Assembly (NCBI RefSeq): GCF_000281045.1
Contig: NW_008246075.1
Span: 181,476 to 245,475 of the forward strand
Length of the DNA stretch: 64,000 nucleotides
Source of the DNA: Saprolegnia diclina VS20
Lineage: Eukaryota
Direction of reading: 5' to 3'
Part shown: positions 13,141 through 25,405 of the stretch, piece by piece
Position numbering within the stretch: position 1 is the stretch's first letter
Layout: each line of letters begins with the position of its first letter
Program-made: the position numbers and the translations under genes
Notes under the pieces: model-generated
What the model was told of the DNA's origin: nothing
The model's input: only the letters and a program-made list of their open reading frames with translations
Database searches by the model: none

Positions 13141-13401
13141 ATGCCAGCGGCGCCCATGGCCACCAACAACAAGCCGTCGTCCGCAGAGAAGCGGAAACTC
13201 CCAACGAACGGCAGCACAATGACGACCGAGCTCCAGCACGAAGCCTCCAAGCGCGCCAAGACCGAGACTGCGGCCCCCGTCGCGTCTGGCCTCTGGGTGC
13301 AGCGCACCGTTGCGATCGGCCAGAAGGACAAGCCAGCGGCGCGCGACTCGCCCGCCACGAACGGTCTCTGGGTCAAGCAAAGCATTGCATTCGCGTTCTA
13401 A
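13141..13401 (+). CDS. Hypothetical 86-aa protein with basic NLS-like patches and a duplicated GLWV motif
   Basis: Intronless ORF with gene-like codon usage. It contains EKRKLP, SKRAKT, SGLWVQRTVAI and NGLWVKQSIAF, and its stop lies 38 bp from the convergent trpCF stop. Confidence 0.55.
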   Translation: MPAAPMATNNKPSSAEKRKLPTNGSTMTTELQHEASKRAKTETAAPVASGLWVQRTVAIGQKDKPAARDSPATNGLWVKQSIAFAF

Positions 13402-13438
13402 TTCAAATAGCACGTTGCATTGAACTAAGTATGACAGT

Positions 13439-15625
13439 CTACGCTTCGGCAACTTTGGCGAGTTGCGGCGCCAGCTTGGCCTGGGTGATGAAGTCGCGGA
13501 TCTTCGCGTGGTCCTTCACACCCGGCACGCCGGCCTCAACACCGGAGCTAACATCGACGCCGTACGGATTAGCGGCGTGGATGGCGCTCGTCACGTTTGC
13601 TGGCGTTAGACCACCTGCCATGAGGCACGGAATCCCCGCTTGTTCGAATTGCTCTGCAATCGTCCAGTCAAAGATCGTGCCCGTGCCACCTGCGACCAAA
13701 AATGAGCATTCGAATCGCGAGGACGCTAATTCTCCATACCCATTTGCCCCTTCAAGGTCGTGTCCAGCAGCAGTGCCATTGCATAGCCTACAGCTCAGCA
13801 CCCTCAGTTCGCCATTCTTTGGTTTCGTAATGTTCGAGACCGGGTTTGATGTGCTCGAGGATCGCATCCATGTTGACCGTGTCGCCGGTCGTACCGCCAG
13901 GCAAGTGCACGACGCGGATCGCCGGCACAATGAGATCCGCGCAAACCTCAAAGCCTACGCAACAGTTGTTCCCGTACTGCTCGTTTCCTTGCCAGCACCT
14001 TCGTCGCCGTGGAGTTGCACAAGGTCGAGGCCCACTTCCGCCACAATTGCATTGATGGCCTCCGCTGACTGGTTCTGGAAGACGCCTACATAGAACAAGG
14101 TTTGCATCCGAGTGCTCAGCGTTCAGAAGCACGCACCCACGACGAGCGGCGTCCGCGCGCTTGCAAGCGTCAATTGCCGACTCTGCGCGTGAAACCACGC
14201 CGCCGAGCCCTCCTTTGATTCGATGCGAGGCTGGAATTCGTGGCGGGTCGAGCGCTCGCCAAACTGCCGGATCGCTTGCACAATGTCCTTGGCTTTTTGA
14301 ATTTCGACGGCTCGTGGGGACTTGGCGACGAATATCATGCCGACGAGGTTCGCGCCGTGCTGCGCGGCAACGACGGCCGACGCTACATCCTTAATGCCAC
14401 CTATTGCTGTCGTTAGCACAGGAAGCTGGGCACGTAATGCGGCGTACAAATCTTGACAAGTGTTTGGCGAGCGTCCGTATGCACGCCACGCAGTTCCTAC
14501 GTTGTATGTGATGGGGTGATTGAGCATCAAGTGAGGTACTTGGATCGTCGTGCGCGGGTTGGGCGTGCGCATAAGCATCTCACCGACAAGGACGCCTTGC
14601 GCCCCGCAGTGCTCATACTTGATGCTATCGGCACGCGAGAAGACGCCACTGAGCGCCAGCAACACAATGTCATCGCCGAGGCGAATGCCCCGTGCACGAA
14701 TTGCGTCAGCGATGTGTACGGTCGTGTTCAAGTCCAGCTTGAACGTGCGCAAGTTGCGGTTGTTGACACCGATAAATCTAGCACAAACGACACACTGAAT
14801 CAACGACAATCGCGGGCGTCGTACGTTGCACCGGCGGCAAGCGCCACGTCAAGCTCCTCTTCGTTGTTCACTTCGACAAGTGGCTCCATGCCAAGGTCGC
14901 GAGACGCCTGCAACATGGTCGTTAGAGATGCGCTAGTGAACCCAGTGTAACCTGCAGCAGGAGCGAGAGTTCGTCCGGCGAAAGCATGGCCACAATGAGC
15001 AAGAGGCTATCGGCGCCAAACGCCCGTGCCTCAAGGAGCTGATAAGTGTCAAAGATGAAGTCCTTCCGGAGGATGGCTGGCCGGGCATTGCCCAACGCCT
15101 TGACTGCCAACGCCTATCGAAGACACGATTTCGTTTCGCCCAAGCAGCAACTTGACCTCGCACAACGCACCACGTCCAACATGTCTTGGAGCGACCCCTT
15201 GAATCGCTCTGGCTCAGTAAGAACGGAGATGACGCTGGCTCCACCTTGGGCATACGTCAACGCTTGCTCTAGCGATCGAATATGGGGATTGTAAGAATTC
15301 TGCATTCGATCGACCATCAATGCTGGGTCGAGCGTCGGACGTACCTGGAGCATTGGCATCCACGGCGATGTCGCCTTTGCTCGGGCTCGCGCGCTTGAAC
15401 TCAGCAGCAATAGCCAGCAACGGAGCGCTCTAAATAAAATGCAATGATCGTGTTGTCTTTGCCGTCGTCGTATACCTCGCGGATCTTGCCAACGATCGAG
15501 ATCGGGCGTCCATGTGCGGCTTCGTACGCGTCGATCTTGCACTGGAGCTCAGCCTCACTCACAAGCGCCTTGGCCGCGTCCACGCTCTTCTTGCGCTGCG
15601 CCACTATCTGCATGAGCATGTCCAT
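13439..15625 (-). CDS. trpCF: Bifunctional indole-3-glycerol-phosphate synthase / phosphoribosylanthranilate isomerase (TrpC-TrpF), multi-exon
   Basis: IGPS motifs [37 protein letters not shown] and LVGEMLMR, followed by PRAI motifs [32 protein letters not shown] and GVDVSSGVE. Confidence 0.95.
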
Positions 15626-16142
15626 GGTTCCTCTTGGTGCGTGGAATTCGAAATGGCTCTGAGGGCGTCGCCGCTTGCGATTTCGATGACGCAATCGCAC
15701 GTGCCGCAGAAATTTCCATGTGGGGACATCGTTTCAAGGGAGCTTCGCCTAATATTCGGATGTGTTTTGTATCCGGATAGGATTTCCCATAATTTCGGCG
15801 CCGAAATTGACGCGACGTCGCAACTGCGACGAAGGCAAGAATCTCAACCAACCAGATTGGCCGACCACCGTGCATCTCTCGTCATGAATAGCCACTGAAG
15901 AGCACCAGCGTACACTGTACGTAGTACGAGGGCTTCTTGGTCGAGCTGCTCCCAACTGCAGCTGCAGCGCGACAGGCCGCAAACAACACTTTTTGCCCAT
16001 CGTTGGATCATCTCGCAGTCGAGCCAGTGTACCGAAGACATACAAAAGCCAAGATAAATGGCTGGCCATCTGGTATCGAGTGGAGCGATTCAGGTGGCGG
16101 GTGCACTTCGTCTGCCAGTCACATTCTTGAATTGGTGGAGCG

Positions 16143-17390
16143 ATGGACCTTAGCTTCGTCTCGCTTGCCCTCTCGGGGGCATCCGCGCTCCGTGGCCACT
16201 TCATCAACACGGCGCACGTGCTCTCGACGACGTCGTCGGAGGCCAAGAACTATGCGTTGCCATGGCAGCAGTGCGGCGGCAAGCACTACAAGGGGCACAC
16301 CAAGTGCACACCTGGTCACCTCTGCAAGCACCTCAACGACTGGTGGTCGCAGTGCGTGCCCGACCCGTCGCTTAAAGGCCCGCCAACGTACTCACAGTGC
16401 GGCGGCAAGGGCTTCGAAGGCGAGACAACGTGCCGTGACGGTGACATGTGCGTTGTCCTGAGCAAGTACTATTCGCAGTGCGTGCCCATGGTCATGCCAC
16501 CCCAGTACAAACAAAAGTGCACGAACGTCAACGTGCTTGGCGACGCGACGTACTGCATTAAGGGCCCCGTTTGCGGCAGCGAGGACGAAGAAGGCCACAA
16601 GTGCCCGAAGAAGGGTGACATTGCCGTCGGCAACTGCCTCAGCCAGCTCAAGAGCTACGTCGCATTCGCCAAGTGCGTCGCACCCAAGGATGCTACGTGC
16701 CAAAAGACCGAGTTTGGCGAGTCTATCTGCTCGTTCAGCAAGATTCACATCAAGACGACGAAGGCTACGGCCACCGAAGCACCGTCTACCGAAGCACCGC
16801 CTACATCGGCCACTGGCGACAAGAACAGCACCGCGATCGTCATTGACACCCCTGCGGTTGTCAACATCACGGTTCGTGGCAACGAAACGATCCCCGTCAT
16901 TGCCGTAATGCCGTTGATATTCGGCAACGACACATCTAGCAACGCGACCGACGACGAGGTCGTCACGACTTCGGTCCCGCCCGTTACCATGATCTCGGTC
17001 AACACCAGCGCCACGAACAAGACCAACAAGACGTTGGAGACAATCACACCACCCAGTACCACGATTGTTGCCGTGAATGCGACGAGTGCTTCGGACGATG
17101 TGATCATCGCACCGACCAACATCACTGCCGCGCCAGTCGACGACGTCATTGTCGCACCTGTGGCCAACACCTCGCTAGTGCTCAACGTGACGGCGGCACC
17201 GACTCAAGTGGTTGTGGTCTCTCCCAACGCGACGCAGGAACCGACGACGGAGACGATTTTGTTTCCTGTCAGCGCGCCAAACGGAACGGATGCGCCTGCG
17301 ACGACAGCCGCGACTACGCTTCTAGTCAATGTGACGGGTGCCAATGCCACGGAGACGAGTGACGTCATTGTCTTCCCGACGCTGATCTAA
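16143..17390 (+). CDS. Secreted carbohydrate-binding mucin-like protein: 2x CBM1, oomycete Car-type Cys-rich domain, Thr-rich tail
   Basis: Signal-like N-terminus; WQQCGG...NDWWSQC and YSQCGG...SKYYSQC (CBM1); VLGDATYCIKGPVC...CPKKGDIAVGNC...CVAPKDATC; Thr/Ala/Val-rich tail with many N-x-T sequons. Intronless. Confidence 0.9.
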   Translation: MDLSFVSLALSGASALRGHFINTAHVLSTTSSEAKNYALPWQQCGGKHYKGHTKCTPGHLCKHLNDWWSQCVPDPSLKGPPTYSQCGGKGFEGETTCRDGDMCVVLSKYYSQCVPMVMPPQYKQKCTNVNVLGDATYCIKGPVCGSEDEEGHKCPKKGDIAVGNCLSQLKSYVAFAKCVAPKDATCQKTEFGESICSFSKIHIKTTKATATEAPSTEAPPTSATGDKNSTAIVIDTPAVVNITVRGNETIPVIAVMPLIFGNDTSSNATDDEVVTTSVPPVTMISVNTSATNKTNKTLETITPPSTTIVAVNATSASDDVIIAPTNITAAPVDDVIVAPVANTSLVLNVTAAPTQVVVVSPNATQEPTTETILFPVSAPNGTDAPATTAATTLLVNVTGANATETSDVIVFPTLI

Positions 17391-17634
17391 GTTGAATATA
17401 TGACCTCGTCATGGTCGTGAAGTGTGAGAGCAATGTGGATAATTTCAGCTATAATTTCAATGAGGAATTTTTCGCACGCCCCGCGAGGTCCGGAGGGCTA
17501 TACATTCACGAAACGCACTCAGCTTACTTGTGAACGGGTGTGTTGGAAAGGGCTACAGATGAATGTCCACATTGACAATGCAAGATGTATTCGCCGGTTT
17601 TACTAGGTGTCTATCGTTTGTTGTGTGGTGGCCC

Positions 17635-18153
17635 CTACATGATCGAGCACTTGTCCTTCTTGCGAGTGGGAGTGTACTTTTCCAAGTACTTGAGTTGGCG
17701 CAGGTTGATCGCGCCGCGGCGCGCCTTGCGAATGTGCTCGACGGCTGTGATGACGTCGAGGCCGTGTTCCATGAGTGCGATCGCGACAAGGACAGGAGCA
17801 CGGCCCAGACCTGCAACACAGTGCACGGCTACAGTCTTGTCAGACTGATGCGTCCCCGCGTTATTCGTAGCATTGTCTTTCATCGTCTGCTCGACAAGCA
17901 CGAGCCACTTTTGGATGATCTCTTGGCTCGGCGGCTCGCCGTCCGGGAACTCCATCTCGTGCACACGGAAGCCCGCGGCCTCGACGGTCGCATCCGAGTA
18001 TGTCGGTTCGCAGGCGCGCACAATGTCGGTGACCTGGTACTTTTTGAACTCCTTGAGGTACAAGGGCAGGTTCGAGTCGTTGGGGGCGTCGAGGATTAAG
18101 AACGACAGCTGGTCGTACTGGACGTGGGAGGGCTTGTTCGTCGGGGCGCTCAT
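17635..18153 (-). CDS. PTP4A: PRL/PTP4A-family prenylated protein tyrosine phosphatase
   Basis: Contains FLILDAPNDSNL, FPDG, the P-loop HCVAGLGRAPVLVAIAL, RRGAIN, a polybasic tail and the CAAX box CSIM. Confidence 0.95.
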   Translation of the reverse strand: MSAPTNKPSHVQYDQLSFLILDAPNDSNLPLYLKEFKKYQVTDIVRACEPTYSDATVEAAGFRVHEMEFPDGEPPSQEIIQKWLVLVEQTMKDNATNNAGTHQSDKTVAVHCVAGLGRAPVLVAIALMEHGLDVITAVEHIRKARRGAINLRQLKYLEKYTPTRKKDKCSIM

Positions 18154-19575
18154 CGTAGTCGTCGTCTTAGTGGCGTAGAGGGCTATCCCATTCGTGGGCA
18201 GAAGCAGCGCGGGTCGAGGCCGAGTCTCGGAAGCTCGGTGATGGCCGTCGTCTTAAGCGTAAAAAGCGAGCTTGGGCGCTGGCTTTCAAGTTTCCGACTG
18301 CCCAAACACCACTCAAAACGGCCGCCGTATTTTTATCCGTCGCCTTCTTAGCACTTTTCCCTAGAAACAAAAGTCCCAGGACTTTTAAATACACAGTTTC
18401 TCAGTGGAAGCGGTGCTATTAGCAAGTTCTGAAGCCTAATGAACGTTGTATAAAAGGAAGAACCCGATCCCGTTGGATTTTATTGCCCGCTCGGGATCGG
18501 CGCCGTAATGGGAGCTTCAATATTAATTTTCAGGTTCTCAGAGTGTTTTTATTTGCATCGCAGCGAATAACCTGGGAAAACTATGCAACATAAAACAATG
18601 ATAATATAATAGCAGGGCCAAATGAGTTGAAGGCACGATAAACGCCCCACGAAAAATACCTGGCATTGAGTATGCTCCAAGCTAACCGACGTTACCGACG
18701 CCTCAACGCTGCAGTCAGATCCGTCGCTTGTCCCAGGCATAGAAAAGCCGATCCTGCACACGTCGTGAATACTTGGTGACGACGACCTTTTGCGTCGTAG
18801 CATCGATCTGCTGGGACCAAAGTTGCGCTGTGTAGTGTGCACGGCAGGTGCATCTCGGCGTGACTCTTGACAAGGTATGAGCTGATGTCTGTGCTATCCT
18901 TCTGAACCGGTCGAGAATTCGAACATGATCGAAATCAAACAGAGCAGCAAACCAGTGTGTTTGCGCTTTCTGGAACAAATACAGTACTCCCTCCTGACGA
19001 TGTAGTTTTTTCCCTTGGTGCGACAACCATCGATTTATCTTTCCGCTGGTGCAGTAGTTCGCATTCCGTAAAAGTGTTCTTAGAGGGTGCCATAGATAGA
19101 TATCATGGCCATCTTCGCAGTCAATGCTTCCAGTACAATAATCTTCATCTCGCTGCGGCTGCAAGTATGTTTCCTTTGGTGACGGACCTTTCGGATCACG
19201 AAAGAGAGTTCACCAGTATCGACACCGAGACGAGTATTCAATTTCACAGGTCTTTTCGAAGCGAGGTGGAAATGCTGAGAGCTGTTTCCATGGGTTGGGT
19301 TGCCCCATTGGGTGGGTTCGAACACCTCAAACCAGGTCGACCATCCAGCTTGACCGGAGCCATTTTTGCGTAGTATCACCAGTTCCAAGGTGGGTCGGCA
19401 AAACATGGGAACTGATTGGGAACGAGGCATTTAATCGATGCCCTTGCTGGGAACCAGCACCCAGCTGAGATCTATGTGTTCTTATGGTGCACCGGAAACT
19501 GAGAGGTTTGCAACTATATAAGAAAATACAGTGTATGTATGAACGGAGTTCGACGGCGAGCACTCGGATCTTCGC

Positions 19576-20945
19576 ATGTTCGGCCAGGCGGCGACGTACG
19601 AGGGGAAGCGCATCGCGCGTTGTGTGGATGCCATCTACGGCGAAAGCGATCAGCAGCGCTTCGTTGTGGGTACGTGCTCGCCGAGCACGAAGAAGCCCAA
19701 CCAGCTGCACCTCCTTGACGCCAACCTCTGCCTCCTTCGGGCGTACTCGCACGCGAGCCCGCTGCAGCACTTTGCCATGTGCCCTTTGCCGCAGCGCGCT
19801 CATACGATTCTAACAACGTTCACATCTGGTACAGCATGCGGCTTGTTCTTGTCGTCGACTCAGAGCCGTCTCTGTGCTAGAGCGCAACGAACCGACGTTT
19901 GCCGTCTGGAAGCTCGAGAGCGTCGAAGATCCCATCGCAACGTCTGTAGACACACCGGCCCAAATGACGCTGGCGTCTCAAACGACCATGGAATCGGCCA
20001 TTACCAAGTACGATAGTGCGAGGAAGATGAGGAGTGCGTCATGTGGAATAGGGCGATTTGGAATCCTCACGAGGACTCGAGCGGAGCAGCGATTGCGTCT
20101 CTCAACGCGACGTCCATCGCGACATGGGCGCTTGCGGAGGGTGGCGCAGCTTGCAAGGTTGGATGACAGTGCCCGGCAATGCCTCTCTTAGTGGTGCTGG
20201 TAGGAGACATCCAAGGTCCCGCTTGGCGAAGGCAAACAGTTGACAGGCGTAACATGGGACCCGCACCATCGACACAACATCACCGCTACGGTGGACGAGG
20301 CTATTCAGTCGTGGGATCTTCGCTCTGGCAAGTACGAAGCACTGGCCCCGTTGCTCGACTGAAGCTTATGGTCTAGGCATGCGCACGCGATTGAAGATGC
20401 GCACTTGGGGTGCACGCGCGATGTCGACTACAACCCGAACAAGCCGTATTACATTGCAAGCGGTGGTGACGACGGCAAAGTCAAATTCTGGGACCTGCGC
20501 AAGCCGCAGACGGCGTTGCTGACTCTCTCCGGCCACAGCCATTGGTTCCAGCTCCTAGCGTCAAGCCATCATCTCAGTCGGTATCCTAGGGTCTGGTGCG
20601 TCAAGTACAACCGGTTCCACGACCAGCTTGTGCTCTCGTCCAGCTCTGATAGCCTTGTGAACCTCTGGCGTGTCTCGTCGATCTCGTCAGCGCCCCTGCT
20701 CGAGATGGATGACGACGACTCGTACGTGGTATCCGCCGAGTTGCAAGCGCGAGATGCATCTGTGTAGGGAGCAAGGCATTGATGTTGGTGATGCCAGGAT
20801 CAAAAGCTACGAAGAGCACGAAGATAGCGTGTACTCGGTTGCGTGGGGCTCGGCCGACTCGTGGCTCTTTGCCTCCGTCTCGTACAGCGGTCGCGTCGTA
20901 CTCAATCAAGTTCCATCGACCGAGAAGTACCGCATCTTGCTTTAA
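19576..20945 (+). CDS. EIPR1: EARP/GARP-interacting WD40 protein (EIPR1/TSSC1), multi-exon
   Basis: Contains RFVVGT...[60 protein letters not shown] and C-terminal [11 protein letters not shown]. Confidence 0.9.
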
Positions 20946-20966
20946 TCGTAAAACGCGATCGCACGA

Positions 20967-21750
20967 TTAACTACGCGCGCTGCTTCGAAGGATACCTTGA
21001 GGCGTTGCGACCATGTCGAGCACCTTGTCATGACCACTAGTTGGGACGGCGTCCACAATCTGCGCTTCGAGGGCAATGCCCTACGCACGTCGTTACCGCA
21101 AGCAACCCACACGGAGAATCGACGCGTACGATGGTAACGGGGAGCTTCCCGCCATTTCGACTGGCATACCGCTCGAAAAAGCAGTCTATATCCGCAGTGC
21201 AAACACAAGCGAACGACTAGTCTTTGCGTGTACCGTAGTAGCCCTTCCCGTGGCCGAGCCGGTTGCAGCGATGGTCAAAAGCAACGCCGGGGACGAGCAC
21301 GATGTCGACGTCTAGTGCGTCCAGTGCATCGATTCGTGCAAGACCACTGGGCAAACTTGGCGGCGGCTCGGGAATCCCCCACTTGCTCTAGTGATCTCGT
21401 GGCATCGCAAGCGCTGGCATGGAAGCCAGTACCTTGGGAAACGTCGTCATTTCGGCCGTCGAATCAACACGCAGCATGACCATGTCTTCCGACTTGGCGC
21501 CGATGACTTTGGGGACGTAGATCGTTTTTCCCGCCGCAAAGAGCGCGTCCACGAGCGTTGACGTCTTGGCTTCGGCCTCCATCGCAAGATAGATGCTCAC
21601 GCTGCGCGCATCGCGGAAGACGTCGAGGGCGACGACGTGCTGTGTGAGCGCTTCGCTCTGCTCGACCACCTCGTCGCGTGAGAGGGTGCGCAGGAGCCCC
21701 GCAATGCGCTTGCGCAGCACTGTCTTCTGGCTGCGAATGTCGGCGAGCAT
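20967..21750 (-). CDS. MTHFS: 5-formyltetrahydrofolate cyclo-ligase, multi-exon
   Basis: Contains KTVLRKRI, SVSIYLAM..EAKT, DIVLVPGVAFD..CNRLGHGKGYY/D and VPTSGHDKVLD. Confidence 0.93.
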
Positions 21751-21863
21751 CTCGTAGTAATCTCCTATCCGGACGCTTGGAACAGTGTCTTGAACAGAGT
21801 ATTCGAGTGATCTGAGAACAGAGTTTGGCGGGTCAAGGATAAATATGCGTTGTGTTATCTTGG

Positions 21864-24257
21864 CTACAAATATATCTCTATGGCGTCCGCTCGTACGTGT
21901 CCATGGAGCTCGACTCGAGGCGCCAGTCGCCGGGGTAGTTGAGCCGCGCCACCGCTGTCAGCGGATCGTCGCTCGCGTCGGGGCACTTGCAGACCTATGG
22001 TTCGACATGAATATTTTGAACGAAGAAAGAGGACGACCTCGAGGACGTTGTGGATCTCGAGCAGATGCGGGTGGTCCGGGTGCGTGCGAAAGTGCCGCGT
22101 GAGACGCTTCCGCATCGATGCCGAGTCGGCTTCGTCCGCGGGCCAGTAGTAGTACTCGAGCGTGACCGTATTGTCTCGGAAGTTGCGCTTCCCGAGGTAC
22201 CCCACGAGCTGTGTGCACTCGGACCGGAGACCATACGGCGACTGGCCCAAGTGCCGGTGCTTGCCGCAGAGTTTGTGGATAATGTGGGACGTGCCAACGC
22301 TCCCCGGCCACAGAATCTAGTTCGCATGAGGCACTCTTCTTCATCTTCGGACATCGTACCAGCATCTCGTCGCCGCGGTCGTCGATGCTCCACGTACGCG
22401 ACGCGACGTCGGTCAAGAGCCGGTAGAGCCACGACGGGTGACGCTGCGGCTGCATGCGGCACTGCAGGGAGAGGCGCGTCCACTTGCCCGTGAGCGAAGA
22501 AAAGGCGTTCTACATGCATACATATCATGAGCCTTCGATAGAATCGACCTCTCTCTATACGTTTTTGAGTGTTGGGCTCCACTGCGGCGCTGTCGAGGAC
22601 GACGCCAAAGCAGCCACGAGCTCCTTCCCGAGGTAAAGCGCATCAACGGACGGCTCCGTCGCATAAGTCCTCGCCGGAAGCAGCTCCTTGTACTTTTCTC
22701 CAAGCTCGTGCACGAATGTGCTTGCGACGTACTCGACGAGATCACTCATTGTGTGGCACTGTGTCGGAAGCTCTTGTGCCATGAGCACGAGCTCGTCCTC
22801 GAAGAAGCGAAGGAAGGTGCTGTACGCCTCGAGCAAGTCCTTGGGGTGTCGCAAGACAAAGTCCCGAAGCTTGGCGAGGAATCCACGCGCGATGGCTCGC
22901 TCGACACCCGCGACAAGCACGGAGAAGACGCCTTCCATTGGCGACCCGCACGTGATGCGCGGGCACGACAGCGGCAGCTCGAGCGTGAGCGACTTGACAA
23001 AGAAAAAGTGGAACGGCGTCAGCGAAAAGTACTTGCGCGTGACGCGCCCGTTGTCATCGTCGCTCTCCCGCCCCGCCGTATGGAAATCGGCGACGCGGCT
23101 TAGCACTTGCACGAGGAAATACACGTCGTTGGCGCGCTGGACGAGCGAGGAGAGCCCAAGCAGCGGCGGCAGCGCGCGCCCTTGAATCGCCGCCGACGGC
23201 GACACGTGCTGAAGCCGCGCAATTTTTTCCGTCACGCGGGGCGAGTTGGGGTTGAGGAGGCATAGAATATCTATGTTTCTCATGAGCAAACCATCGCGAG
23301 TGCCGGCCACTATACCCCGCTTGCGACTGGATTTGGCAGAAGACTCGTTCTTCTCCTTGCGCTCCGACGACGACGACGAGCATGTCACTTCGTCCTACAG
23401 TCACGAAGCTTTGAGTCGTTAGCTCGCATGCAAAGTAGAGGTACCTCGTCCACGTCGACGGGCGACGGTACGTTCACCACGCTATGGCGCTCGAGGCGAG
23501 TCTGCTTGCGCACGACACGACTCGACCGAATGTGAAAGTCGTTGCTTTGAATCGTCTCAATGCACTCGATCTCATTTGCTCCCGCGACCGGCCGGAAAAA
23601 GAAGACCTAACTCGATGAGAGTCGGCGTTGTGCCATGGAAGAAGTACCTTGAGGCAGTGCGTGTACTTGTTCCCGACGCGGGACGAGAACCAGCCGTAGT
23701 GCCAGCACTGTCGATCACCGTTGATGACAAATTGCGCCGTCGAAGCGTCCGGCAGTCGCTGCCGCGCGCCCGGGAAGATCGGGCCGAAGAGATTGTCCTT
23801 TGTCTTGACGAGCGACTCGAAATCCGCCACGCGGTACCGCTTGCCAACAGCAAAGGCAATCGGCGCGTCTTCCTTGCCACTGCTATCGTGCGCATACGGG
23901 CTCAGGTTCTGGCGCTGCTTCTCGTGGTCGTAGTCGTTGCACGCAAAGTAGCTGTACACGAGCGTGCACTCGGGCACGTCGCACTCGACCGCAACGCCCG
24001 TCCCGCAGAATGTCTTGGTTCGATGGCCGCGGCAGCAATGCGGAAAGCACCTAGCGTACGAAAGGCTTAGTGACGAAGTGAGGCGCGTGGCTGTGTCCAA
24101 GGTACCTCAGGCTCTTGAGGCCGCCCGCCTTGTTGGTCCTACAACGCAGTGGGCGTGACTAGCAAGTCTTGGTAGTGGCGGCGTACCGGATGTAGTCGGA
24201 GCGAAAGAGTTCGTCCTTGCAGCACGCGTGGGCTGTGACGAAGCGGGCGCCGGCCAT
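21864..24257 (-). CDS. Uncharacterised oomycete protein with Cys/His-rich N-terminal domain, multi-exon
   Basis: Exon chain MAGARFVTAHACCKDELFRSDY, RTNKAGGLKSLR/CFPHCCRGHRTKTFCG, WHYGWFSSR..THCLK, followed by helical and beta-rich C-terminal parts. This could be more than one gene. Confidence 0.6.
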
Positions 24258-24625
24258 CGCTCTTGTCTCGACGTTCCGATGTTGGGCTATTTCGGAAACT
24301 GATATCGGGCCCAGTATGGGTGGATGCGTCCGGATACGAATGCACCCAGCGGAAAAATTCAGGCCCGAAGTGCAATTACACACGGCGAGGGTCCGAAGCT
24401 CCGACTTGGCTCCACGATCTTTGTCGACCACGAGCTTCTGCAAAGCTGAACGCAGGACAGGCCTCACTCAACCGTCCACACTCGTCGATTCGGGCAGGCG
24501 CCACATCCGAGCGTGGTACAGTGTAGCAGCCCCGGCCTCTTGGCCACTCATCTGCCACCAGGTGGCGGAAGCTAGACGCAAAAAGAATATCTATTGTTTC
24601 GCATTGTCGCTGACCCGCGCTCGCT

Positions 24626-25377
24626 CTACATGACGACGCAGCAGCTATTCGTCTTCTTCGCTTGCTTGTAAAACACCTTGGACTGGCTGCTCAGATCCGC
24701 CGATTTCGAAACAAGGTCGTCCAGCTTCTCACCGCGTTCCAGCACGCTGTCAATCGTCTTGGACAAGACCGCCGTCGTTTCGTCGAGCTCCTTCTGGATG
24801 GCCGAGATCTTGTCGGCCTTCGTCGGGTCCTGGTAGTCCTCAAGCGCCTTTGTCAGCGGTGCCCAATCCAAACTGCCGTTGCCCGGGTTCTGCGCCCACG
24901 ACCCGTTCGTCTCCTTGTTGTACTCTTCGAGCATCTTGTTCATGAGCGCAAACGCGACGCGTGGCGGGTAGTCTTGGTCGCACACCACAATCCCGGCGAG
25001 GCCGTCTTGGCGGACGTACACGTGGCAGTTGTACTCTAAGCAGACACCGCGTGGGCATCTCTTTCCACATCAATGGCTGCGTACCTTCGTGCTGAATGGA
25101 CTGGCGCTGGCCCTTCTGTGTCCGCTCAACGAACGTGCGGCTGAAGAACGTGATCATCTCCCGAACGCTACCCCAGTCGCATGAGCGATGATGGCTTCCT
25201 GCCGATCGCGACGTACCCGGAGCGCTTGAAATAAGTAAACGAGTTGAGGTCGAACGCGTTGGCGAGGATAATGGGCTTCGTCCCCGCTTCCTGGCGGAGG
25301 ACACCTATACATTCTCGCTGTGAACCTCGCGCGTCGTCGCCATCGTCGCTCGTACCGAGGGACACAATCTTCACCAT
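24626..25377 (-). CDS. YKT6: Longin R-SNARE Ykt6, multi-exon
   Basis: Contains DLNSFTYFKRS, DQDYPPRVAF, YQDPTKADKI, LERGEKLDDLVSKS..LS.QSKVFYKQAKKTNS and the C-terminal CCVVM lipidation motif. Confidence 0.96.
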
Positions 25378-25389
25378 GACCGAGTCGCA

Positions 25390-25405
25390 GCAAATAAAAA
25401 ATGAA
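25390..25405 (-). promoter_or_regulatory. Oomycete INR+FPR core promoter of YKT6
   Basis: Minus strand reads TTCATTTTTTATTTGC, matching the oomycete TCATTYY-N-AWTTY element, 12 nt upstream of the ATG. Confidence 0.65.

Noticed and set aside
19311..19327. GGTGGGTTCGAACACC resembling a tRNA T-loop/B-box
   Set aside because: No matching T-stem, acceptor stem or D-arm, so not a tRNA.
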